DNA of 64,000 nucleotides from assembly GCA_963764715.1 (NCBI GenBank), contig CAVXTP010000021.1, forward strand, positions 32,001-96,000. Direction: 5' to 3'. Shown one piece after another: positions 10,545 through 18,188 of this stretch. A program made the position numbers and the translations under genes. Source of the stretch: an uncultured Acidobacteriota bacterium. GTDB taxonomy: Bacteria > Acidobacteriota > Thermoanaerobaculia > UBA5066 > Gp7-AA6. The notes under the pieces were generated by a model. The model was not told the origin of the DNA and ran no database searches. It was given only the letters and a program-made list of their open reading frames with translations. How positions within the stretch are numbered: the first letter of the stretch is position 1; each line of letters begins with the position of its first letter.

Positions 10545-12716
10545 CTAGCGCGGACTCCAGAGATCGACTTCCGCCTTGAGGTGATCGTCGATGCCGGCGG
10601 AGGGCTTCGGGCGGCTGACCCAGTAGCCCTGCATCTCGTCGCAGCCGTAGCCCTGGAGGAGCGTGAACTGGTCCTTGCTCTCGACGCCCTCGGCGATCAC
10701 GTTGAGGCGCGAACCGTGGGCCATCTCGATGATCGCCCGCACGATGCCCGCGTCGGCGGGGTTGACGGGGAGGTCGGTGACGAACGAGCGGTCGATCTTG
10801 AGGGACGTCACGGGATAGCGCTTCAGATAGCTCATCGAGGAGTAGCCGGTGCCGAAGTCGTCGATCGCGATGCCCACGCCCATGCTCCGCAGGATGTTGA
10901 GGTTCGCCACGACGATCTCGGCGCCCTCCATCGCGGTCGATTCCGTGATCTCGACCTCCAGGTGGCGCGGCTCCAGGTTGGCGTCCCCCAGGGCCCGCTC
11001 GACGAGCGAGGTGAGGTTCCGTTCGCGGAACTGGCGGGCGGAGAAGTTGACCGAGACGCGGAGGCCGGAGATCCAGGCTTCCTGCCAGCGCCGGAGCTGC
11101 ATGCAGGCGGAGCGCAGCACCCAGTCGCCGAGCGGCAGGATCAGCCCCGTCTCCTCGGCCACCGGGATGAACGTCGTGGGGCCGACGAGGCCCTTCGTCG
11201 GATGCTGCCAGCGCACCAGCGCCTCGAGGCCCACGGTGCGGCCGGTGACGATGCTCGTGATCGGCTGGTAGTGCAGGACGAGCTCTTCCTGGTCGACCGC
11301 GAGGCGCAGCCCCTTCTGCAACGCGAGGTGCTCGGCGGCGTGCTCGGTCAGCTCCCGGGTGCAGAGCTGAAAGTTGTTGCGGCCGAGCTCCTTCGCCCGA
11401 TACATCGCCGCGTCGGCGTTGCGCAGGAGGGATTCGCCGTCGGCGCCGTCCTCCGGATAGCTCGCGATGCCGATCGACGCCGCGATCTGGACGGTGCGCC
11501 CGTCGAGAGAGAACGGCCGGGAGACCAGCGTGAGGAGCTTGGCGGCGATGCCGGCGAGGTCCTCGCTCTGCCGGAGCTCGGGCACGAGGATCACGAACTC
11601 GTCGCCGCCCATGCGGGCGACCGTGTCGGCCTCGCGCACGGAGCGTTTCAGGCGGAGCGCGAGCGACTGGAGCAGGCTGTCGCCGACGGCGTGCCCGAAG
11701 CTGTCGTTGACGTACTTGAAGAAATCGATGTCGAGGTAGACGACGGCGAGCCGGCGGCTGTGACGCTTGGCCTGGGCCACGTCGACGTCGAGGCGGTCGA
11801 GCAGGCGCGCGCGGTTGGGCAGCTTGGTCAGAGGGTCGTTGTAGGCCTGGGCGATGATCTGGGCCTCCGCGCGCCGCCGATCGCTGATGTCCGTCAGTGT
11901 CCCGATGACGGCCGGGCGGCCCTCGAACTCGACGGCCGTTTCGAGGACTTCGACCTCGACGGGCTGGCCGTTCTTGCGGATCGCGTGGAACGTGTAGGGA
12001 GCGCCGTCCTCCCCGCCCTCGAGCGTCTGCCGGACACGGGAGAAGACGAGGGCATGGTCGTCGAGCGCGACGAGGCTCGCGAACGACTCGAACGCCAGGA
12101 CCTCGGACTGCGTGTAGCCGAGCGTCGCCGCAAACTTGGGGTTGACGTAGCGGTACCGTCCGTCCTGGACGAGATACATGCCGGCGACCGACTGCTCGAC
12201 GAGTCGCTTGAACTCGGGCGCGACCGAGGTGCTGGCCTCCAGCGTGCGCCGCCGCGCGGTCACGTCCCGGACGACGCCCACGACGCCGCGGATCAGGCCG
12301 GCCGCGTCGCGGTGGGGCGAGAAGACGGCCGAGAGCCAGCGCCCGGCGGCGCCGCGGACCCCGGGCCACGAAAAGTCGTCCGACGTCACGGTGTCGCCGG
12401 CCAGCGCCCGCTCGAGGAGGGCGGCGACGTCCTTCTGGCGGGCCGGTGGAAAGACCTGGAGGATGTCCCGCCCCAGGGCGAAGCCCGGAGAGACGCCGGT
12501 CAGCTCCTCCATGCGCGGGTTCCAGAGCGTGTGCCGCAGGTCGCGGTCGTAGGCAATGAGGCCGTCGCCGGTCGAGGCGATCACCTCGTCGGGCAGGGCG
12601 TCCCCCGAAGGGTTTCCCAGGGGATGCGGGCCCTCGAGCGGAACGCCCGGAAATTCCTCGTCCGCCCGCTCGCCTCGCGGGGACATGCCGGTCTCGCTTC
12701 CCTCCGGAGGCGTCAT
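10545..12716 (-). CDS. PAS-PAS-GGDEF-EAL diguanylate cyclase/phosphodiesterase
   Basis: Two PAS domains, DPLTKLPNR, RMGGDEF, LEALVRW, DDFGTGYSS, LKIDRSFV, AEGVE. Confidence 0.95.
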   Translation of the reverse strand: MTPPEGSETGMSPRGERADEEFPGVPLEGPHPLGNPSGDALPDEVIASTGDGLIAYDRDLRHTLWNPRMEELTGVSPGFALGRDILQVFPPARQKDVAALLERALAGDTVTSDDFSWPGVRGAAGRWLSAVFSPHRDAAGLIRGVVGVVRDVTARRRTLEASTSVAPEFKRLVEQSVAGMYLVQDGRYRYVNPKFAATLGYTQSEVLAFESFASLVALDDHALVFSRVRQTLEGGEDGAPYTFHAIRKNGQPVEVEVLETAVEFEGRPAVIGTLTDISDRRRAEAQIIAQAYNDPLTKLPNRARLLDRLDVDVAQAKRHSRRLAVVYLDIDFFKYVNDSFGHAVGDSLLQSLALRLKRSVREADTVARMGGDEFVILVPELRQSEDLAGIAAKLLTLVSRPFSLDGRTVQIAASIGIASYPEDGADGESLLRNADAAMYRAKELGRNNFQLCTRELTEHAAEHLALQKGLRLAVDQEELVLHYQPITSIVTGRTVGLEALVRWQHPTKGLVGPTTFIPVAEETGLILPLGDWVLRSACMQLRRWQEAWISGLRVSVNFSARQFRERNLTSLVERALGDANLEPRHLEVEITESTAMEGAEIVVANLNILRSMGVGIAIDDFGTGYSSMSYLKRYPVTSLKIDRSFVTDLPVNPADAGIVRAIIEMAHGSRLNVIAEGVESKDQFTLLQGYGCDEMQGYWVSRPKPSAGIDDHLKAEVDLWSPR

Positions 12717-12777
12717 CGTGAAGGCGTCAGGATCTGACGCTTGATTCTAACAGGCCGGCGGCCGGCCCCGGCCGGAG

Positions 12778-13164
12778 TTACCGGGACATCTTCGCGGCGG
12801 CGCGGATCGCGGCGTCGATCCCGGACTCCGCGCGGATCGCCTTGACGCGCGCGCGCGCCTGCTTGGAGAGTCTTCGGATCGCGCCGAGGTAGCGGCCCTG
12901 GGCCTGGCGCGCGGTCCGCTGGGCGCGGGAGATGGCGCGGCGGGCCCGGGGACCTTCGCGGGCGGCCGTCTTCGCGACCGAGGTGGCGACGTCTTCGCCG
13001 AGCGCCGACAGGCGGGCGCGAAGTTCGCGGATGGTCTTCTCGCGGCGCTTCAGCGCGGCGGTCACGTCCCGGGCGGCGACCTTCCCATCCTCGAGCAGCA
13101 TCTGCAGGGCGAGTGCGGCGTGGTGCGCCGAGAGCTTCAATGCGGTCTTCGTCTTGCGTCTCAC
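12778..13164 (-). CDS. Small highly basic Ala/Arg/Lys-rich helical protein (possible nucleic-acid binder)
   Basis: GTG at 13164 with an AAGGA RBS; 128 aa with a coiled segment and ...ARQAQGRYLGAIRRL... Confidence 0.7.
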   Translation of the reverse strand: MRRKTKTALKLSAHHAALALQMLLEDGKVAARDVTAALKRREKTIRELRARLSALGEDVATSVAKTAAREGPRARRAISRAQRTARQAQGRYLGAIRRLSKQARARVKAIRAESGIDAAIRAAAKMSR

Positions 13165-13228
13165 GGTTATGTATGTCCTTTCGAGGATGCATTCTATGGC
13201 CAGAAACCCGTATGGAGGGACGTTCATT

Positions 13229-13266
13229 TGACGAATCCAAGTCGTATGACGAGTGTAATTCGTATG
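13229..13266. promoter_or_regulatory. Tandem 18-bp operator-like repeat, each unit ACGA-N7-TCGT
   Basis: tgACGAatccaagTCGTa followed by tgACGAgtgtaatTCGTa in an AT-rich divergent intergenic region. Confidence 0.55.
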
Positions 13267-13308
13267 TGCGTGTACTATCCGCGCTCTCTTATGGAAAGGG
13301 GTAACGGA

Positions 13309-14895
13309 ATGCGACGCCTTGCCACCCTCGTTTTCGCGCTGGTCGCGGCGACCGCCTTCGGCGCCGATCCGGCGCCCGCGCCGGTCTCGCTCACGCTCGC
13401 CGAGGCGACGCGGAGTGCCCTCGAAAAGAACAATGCGCTGTCGGTCGAGCGCCAGAACGTCGTGCAGGCGGACGCCGCGGTGACCGGGGCGCACGGCGCG
13501 TACGACCTCTTCTGGACGGCCGAGGGCCGGTACCGGGACCACACCGATCCGATCAACTCGCAGTTCTCGGGGGCCCCGGAGGGGGACCTGGCGCCGACGA
13601 TGACCGACGCCGCGATCTCGACCTCGTTCTCGCAGCTCCTGCCGACCGGCGGACGCGTCGACCTGTCGACGGGGTGGGGCCGCGACACGACCAACGCGGT
13701 CTTCACGATCCTGTCGCCGGCGTATTCGACGTTCGCGGGAATCTCGCTCCGCCAGCCGCTCCTGCGGGACCTCTCGATCGATCCCGCGCGCGAGGCGATC
13801 CGCATCGCGGTCGCGCAGCGAGGCGAGACGGAGGCCCAGCTCCGCGCGACGGTGGCCGACACCGTGACGCAGGTCGACTTCCAGTACTGGACCCTGGTGG
13901 CGGCGCGCCGCAACGTCGCCTCGATCCAGAGCTCCGTCGAGCTCGCCGGGAAGCAGCTCGAGGAGACGAAGAGCCGCGTCGAGGCGGGGGTCCTCGGCGA
14001 GACGGACATCGCGCAGCCGACGGCCGAGCGGGACCGCCGGCTCGGCAACCTCGCCCTCGCGCAGCAGGCGGTGGTGCGGGCCGAGTCGGCGTTGAAGCAG
14101 CTGATCTTGGCCGACCCCGCCGATCCGCTCTGGGCCGCGGAGATCATGCCGTCGGACAGCCCCGAGGCCGAGTTCGAGCAGCCCGACCTCGACGCGGCGC
14201 TCGCCTCCGCGCGCCTGAAGCGTCCGGAGCTCGTGGCCGCGGAGGCGCGGCGCACGGTCGCGGAGGTCGTGGTCCAGGCGCGCAAGAGCGACGTCCTTCC
14301 GCGGCTCGACCTCGTCGGAGCGTACGCCCGCAACGGGCTGGCCGGCAGCCAGAATCCCGACGCGGTCAGCTTCGACGGCCAGCCGATCGTCGTGCCGCCG
14401 CCGCTGCTCGGGGCGAGCGGCCGCTCGTACGGAACGATCGGCGAGAACCGATTCCCGGACTACTCGGTCGGCCTCGCGTTTTCCGTGCCGATCCAGAACC
14501 GGGCCGCGAAAGCCAACCTGGCGATCTCGAAATCGCAGCTCGAACAGTCGATCGTCGACCTCCAGTCCACGGGCCAGCAGGTCGAGGCCGAGGTTCGCAA
14601 CGCGTTCAGCGCCCTGGCGACCGAGCGCTCGCGCGTGGCCGCGGCGCGCTCCGGGCTCGAGGCCGCGCAGATCCAGCTCTACGCCGAACAGGAGCGATTC
14701 GCCGTCGGCCTCTCGACGAACTTCCTCGTGCTGACCCGCCAGAACGACCTGACGCAGGCCCGCGTGACGGAGACCGATGCCCTCACCGACTACCGGCGGG
14801 CGGCGACCGAGCTCCTGCGGGCGACGGGCGTCCTGCTCGAGCGGCGCAACATCACGATCGAGCCGCCGGCCGCCCCGGGGGGCGGGACGCGGTGA
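13309..14895 (+). CDS. TolC family outer-membrane efflux protein (orphan)
   Basis: Signal peptide, LTLAEA..ALEKN, QLLPTGG, LRQPLLR, RPEL, LPRLDL, ERFAVGLSTNF; paralogue of 32200..33783. Confidence 0.92.
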   Translation: MRRLATLVFALVAATAFGADPAPAPVSLTLAEATRSALEKNNALSVERQNVVQADAAVTGAHGAYDLFWTAEGRYRDHTDPINSQFSGAPEGDLAPTMTDAAISTSFSQLLPTGGRVDLSTGWGRDTTNAVFTILSPAYSTFAGISLRQPLLRDLSIDPAREAIRIAVAQRGETEAQLRATVADTVTQVDFQYWTLVAARRNVASIQSSVELAGKQLEETKSRVEAGVLGETDIAQPTAERDRRLGNLALAQQAVVRAESALKQLILADPADPLWAAEIMPSDSPEAEFEQPDLDAALASARLKRPELVAAEARRTVAEVVVQARKSDVLPRLDLVGAYARNGLAGSQNPDAVSFDGQPIVVPPPLLGASGRSYGTIGENRFPDYSVGLAFSVPIQNRAAKANLAISKSQLEQSIVDLQSTGQQVEAEVRNAFSALATERSRVAAARSGLEAAQIQLYAEQERFAVGLSTNFLVLTRQNDLTQARVTETDALTDYRRAATELLRATGVLLERRNITIEPPAAPGGGTR

Positions 14896-15098
14896 GCCGG
14901 CGTGCCCGCCCGCGCCCCGGCCGGGCGACGGGGTCGCGCTCGCGGCGGCGGGGAGCCTTCGGACGGGGCGGACCGAACCGGATCCCCGGGACGCGACGGC
15001 GCCCCCTCTTGCCGCACCGGCCGAACGGGCGTACCTTGTGCGCTAACCGGCGCCCGAAGCCTCGACTCGACAACTCACTGCGGACAAGGAGGATTGCG

Positions 15099-15980
15099 AT
15101 GAGATCCCGATCCACATTCCTGGCCGTTGCTACCGCCGCCCTCGCCGCCTCGACGGCGCTCGCCCAGACGGGTCTCGTCCGCGTCGCGGGCCCACCGATG
15201 ACGATCTCGCAGGCCCTGCAGCGAATGACGCCGAGCGCGGTCCTCGGTCCCGGAGTCGAGCGCAAGGTCATCCAGCTCGAGACTGCGGACAGCGCGTTCC
15301 TCATCCCGGCGGCGGGCAGCGTCCAGGGAGCGGGGAACACGTACTTCCGATCCGATTTCTCGGTCGGCAACTACCGTGCGTCGACGCAGACGATCGGGAT
15401 CGGCTGGATCGCGCAGGGCATCGACAACTCCGCTGCGCCGCTCACGTACTTCTCCATTCCTGGGAACCAGACGGTCATCCAGTCGGACGTCGTGGCGGCG
15501 GCTCTCCACAAGAGCGGCCTCGGGTCGATCATCGTCTTCGGCGAGACGGCTTCGCACAACACCGATTCATCTGCTCAGCTCCTCGGATTCTCGCGGATCT
15601 GGAGCAACCAGCCCAATGCCTCGGGCACGGTGTCGCTCCAGTTCCCGGCCGTTTCGCCGTTCGATTCGATCGGCTCGGCGCACGCCTACGCGCTGGGATT
15701 GCGGCACGACAGCCAGTATCGGACCAACGTCGGGATCGTCAATCTCGACTCCGTGCAGCACCTGTGGACCGTCCGCATCGCCGGACTGAATTCGACCGCA
15801 ACCTTCAACGTGACCGTTCTTCCCTACTCGATGAAGCAGACGCCGTTGCCCTCGGGCAACTACGGCGACCTCTTCCTCGACCTGCAGCCCAGCGGATCGG
15901 GCTTCCCGTGGAGCGCCTACGGCGCGTCGGTCGACAACATCACGGGCGACGGCTGGGTGGCGCGGGCGATCCAGCCCTAG
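15099..15980 (+). CDS. Secreted beta-rich hypothetical protein (IPAAGS.QG...FRSD / YRTNVGIVN / AYGASVDNITGD domain)
   Basis: AAGGAGG RBS, signal peptide ending ALA-Q, coherent coding composition. Confidence 0.8.
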   Translation: MRSRSTFLAVATAALAASTALAQTGLVRVAGPPMTISQALQRMTPSAVLGPGVERKVIQLETADSAFLIPAAGSVQGAGNTYFRSDFSVGNYRASTQTIGIGWIAQGIDNSAAPLTYFSIPGNQTVIQSDVVAAALHKSGLGSIIVFGETASHNTDSSAQLLGFSRIWSNQPNASGTVSLQFPAVSPFDSIGSAHAYALGLRHDSQYRTNVGIVNLDSVQHLWTVRIAGLNSTATFNVTVLPYSMKQTPLPSGNYGDLFLDLQPSGSGFPWSAYGASVDNITGDGWVARAIQP

Positions 15981-16040
15981 CCGGGCGGCCCGGTTGAATC
16001 TTCCCCCGCCGGCCGGACGTAGTTTCCGCCGGAGGGCGAC

Positions 16041-16745
16041 ATGATCCGCATCCGGCGCGGGGAAGAGCGGGGCCACTTCGATCACGGCTGGCTCGACACC
16101 CGGCACACGTTTTCGTTCGGCGACTACCACGATCCCCGGGCCATGGGGTTCCGGGACCTGCGCGTCATCAACGAGGACCGCGTTCTTCCGGGGCAGGGTT
16201 TCGGGACGCACGGCCACCGCGACATGGAGATCGTGTCCTACGTCCTTGAGGGCGGGCTGGCGCACAAGGACAGCCTCGGGACCGGCTCCGTGATCACGCC
16301 CGGCGACGTGCAGTACATGAGCGCCGGCACCGGCGTGCGCCACAGCGAGTTCAACGCGTCGAAGACCGAGCCCGTGCACTTCATGCAGATCTGGATCATG
16401 CCGAGCGCCGAGGGCCTGGCCCCCCGTTACGACCAGAAGCGATTCGGCCCGGAGGAGAAGCGGGGGAGGCTGCGGCTGGTGGTCTCGCCGTCCGGTGAAG
16501 ACGGCTCGATCGCGATCCGGCAGGACGTCCGGATGTACGCCTCGCTTCTCGATCCCGGCCGGTCCGCCGATCTCACGCTTTCGCCGGGCCGGCACCTCTG
16601 GGTCCAGGTCCTCGAGGGATCGCTCGACGTCAACGGCAAGTCTCTCCAGGCCGGCGACGGCCTCGCCGCCTCCGACGAGACCGCGTTCCGCTTCGCGCCG
16701 GCCGGCAAGGGCCCGGCGGAGTTCCTCGTCTTCGACCTCGTGTAG
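16041..16745 (+). CDS. Pirin family protein (YhhW-like)
   Basis: HGWLDTRHTFSF, LRVINED, GFGTHGHRDMEI, MSAGTGVRHSE, QIWI. Confidence 0.95.
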   Translation: MIRIRRGEERGHFDHGWLDTRHTFSFGDYHDPRAMGFRDLRVINEDRVLPGQGFGTHGHRDMEIVSYVLEGGLAHKDSLGTGSVITPGDVQYMSAGTGVRHSEFNASKTEPVHFMQIWIMPSAEGLAPRYDQKRFGPEEKRGRLRLVVSPSGEDGSIAIRQDVRMYASLLDPGRSADLTLSPGRHLWVQVLEGSLDVNGKSLQAGDGLAASDETAFRFAPAGKGPAEFLVFDLV

Positions 16746-16750
16746 CGCCC

Positions 16751-16935
16751 GGGGTCAGTCCTGAATATCTGAAACTTCGGACAGTTGGGGCCAGCCCTGA
16801 AAGTCTGAAAGTTGGGGTCAGCCCTGAAGGTCTGAAAGTTGGGCGACGTGTGAAGGTTCGACCGCCAGTTTCGAGCGGTCGAAACGTCATTCTTTCAGGT
16901 CAGGCCCCATCTTTCATTCTTTCAGGTCAGGCACC
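16751..16935. repeat. GGGGTCAGCCCTG repeat element (3 forward units, central hairpin, 2 inverted units); MITE/REP-like
   Basis: Units at 16751, 16787 and 16814; hairpin TTCGACCGC..GCGGTCGAA at 16857-16883; inverted TCATTCTTTCAGGTCAGGC at 16887 and 16914 (27-bp period). Confidence 0.85.
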
Positions 16936-16961
16936 TCGGGTCGGTGTGGCAAGCTTCGCCG

Positions 16962-18188
16962 ATGACCGCCGCCGCGGTTCCCGAATCCCCGGCGCGTTGG
17001 CGCGCTCTCGCCCTGATCGCAGTCGCGGAGCTTCTCGGGATGGCGCTGTGGTTCTCGGGCTCGGCCGTCGCGCCGGCGCTGAAGGCCGAGTGGCGGATGT
17101 CGGACGGGGCGACGTCCTGGCTGACGCTCGCCGTCCAGCTCGGCTTCGTCGCCGGAACGCTCGTGTCGGCCGTCGGCAACCTGCCGGACGTCTTCTCGGC
17201 GCGGCGTCTCTTCGCCGCGTCGGCCGTCCTCGGCGCCGCCGCCAACGCGTCCCTGGCGCTCTGGGCGAGAGGCGCGGCGAGCGCGGTCGCTCTGCGGTTC
17301 GCGGTCGGCTTCTTTCTGGCCGGCGTCTATCCGCCCGGCATGAAGATCATGGCGAGCTGGTTCCGCCACGGCCGCGGCATGGCGCTCGGGGTCCTCGTCG
17401 GCTGCATCTCGCTCGGCAAGGGGTTCCCGTACCTCGTGAACGCCGTCGGGAGCGCCGACTGGCGCATCGACGTGCTCTGCGTGTCGACGCTCGCCGTCGC
17501 GGGCGGCGCCATCGTCCTCTTCTTCGTCCATGACGGGCCGCACGCCGCGCCCGCCGCGCGCTTCGACGCCGGGCAGATCGCGAAGGTCTTCTCCAACCGC
17601 GGAGTCCGCCTCGCGGACTTCGGCTACTTCGGTCACATGTGGGAGCTCTACGCCATGTGGACCTGGTTCCCGGTGTTTCTACGCGAGAGCTTCGCCGCCC
17701 GCGGCGTGTCGCGCCCGGCGCTCGCGGAGCTGGCGGCCTTCTTCGTGATCGGCGCGGGCGCGACCGGGTGCGTCGTGGCCGGCCTCGCCGCCGATCGCCT
17801 CGGCCGAACCGCCGTGACGTCGTGGGCGATGGGACTGTCCGGCGCGTGCTGCCTCACGATCGGCCTGCTCTTCGGCGAAAGCCCGACGCTGCTGCTCGTC
17901 GTCGCCTGCGTCTGGGGCGCGTCGATCGTGGCCGACTCCGCCCAGTTCTCGGCCTGCGTCACGGAGCTCTCGGATCCGCGCTACGTGGGGACCGCGCTGA
18001 CGATCCAGACCTGCATCGGCTTCCTGATCACGATGGTCTCGATCGAGCTCGTCCCGCACTTCGCCGGGTTGGTCGGCTGGCGCTGGGCGTTCGCGTTCCT
18101 CGCGCCGGGGCCCGCGCTCGGCATTCTCGCGATGCTGCGGCTGCGCGGCCTGCCCGAAGCCGCGCAGATCGCGCACGGGAGACGCTAG
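16962..18188 (+). CDS. MFS transporter
   Basis: About 12 TM segments, GVYPPGMK, GYFGHMWELYAMW, ADRLGR, ADSAQFS. Confidence 0.92.
   Translation: MTAAAVPESPARWRALALIAVAELLGMALWFSGSAVAPALKAEWRMSDGATSWLTLAVQLGFVAGTLVSAVGNLPDVFSARRLFAASAVLGAAANASLALWARGAASAVALRFAVGFFLAGVYPPGMKIMASWFRHGRGMALGVLVGCISLGKGFPYLVNAVGSADWRIDVLCVSTLAVAGGAIVLFFVHDGPHAAPAARFDAGQIAKVFSNRGVRLADFGYFGHMWELYAMWTWFPVFLRESFAARGVSRPALAELAAFFVIGAGATGCVVAGLAADRLGRTAVTSWAMGLSGACCLTIGLLFGESPTLLLVVACVWGASIVADSAQFSACVTELSDPRYVGTALTIQTCIGFLITMVSIELVPHFAGLVGWRWAFAFLAPGPALGILAMLRLRGLPEAAQIAHGRR

Noticed and set aside
15026-15042. Sigma-54 promoter upstream of 15099 (GG-N10-GC present)
   Set aside because: Only the dinucleotides match; poor fit to TGGCACG/TTGC and expected by chance at this GC content
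16751-16935. 27-bp repeats as a CRISPR array
   Set aside because: Units abut with no unique 25-45 bp spacers, include inverted copies, and no cas genes are present
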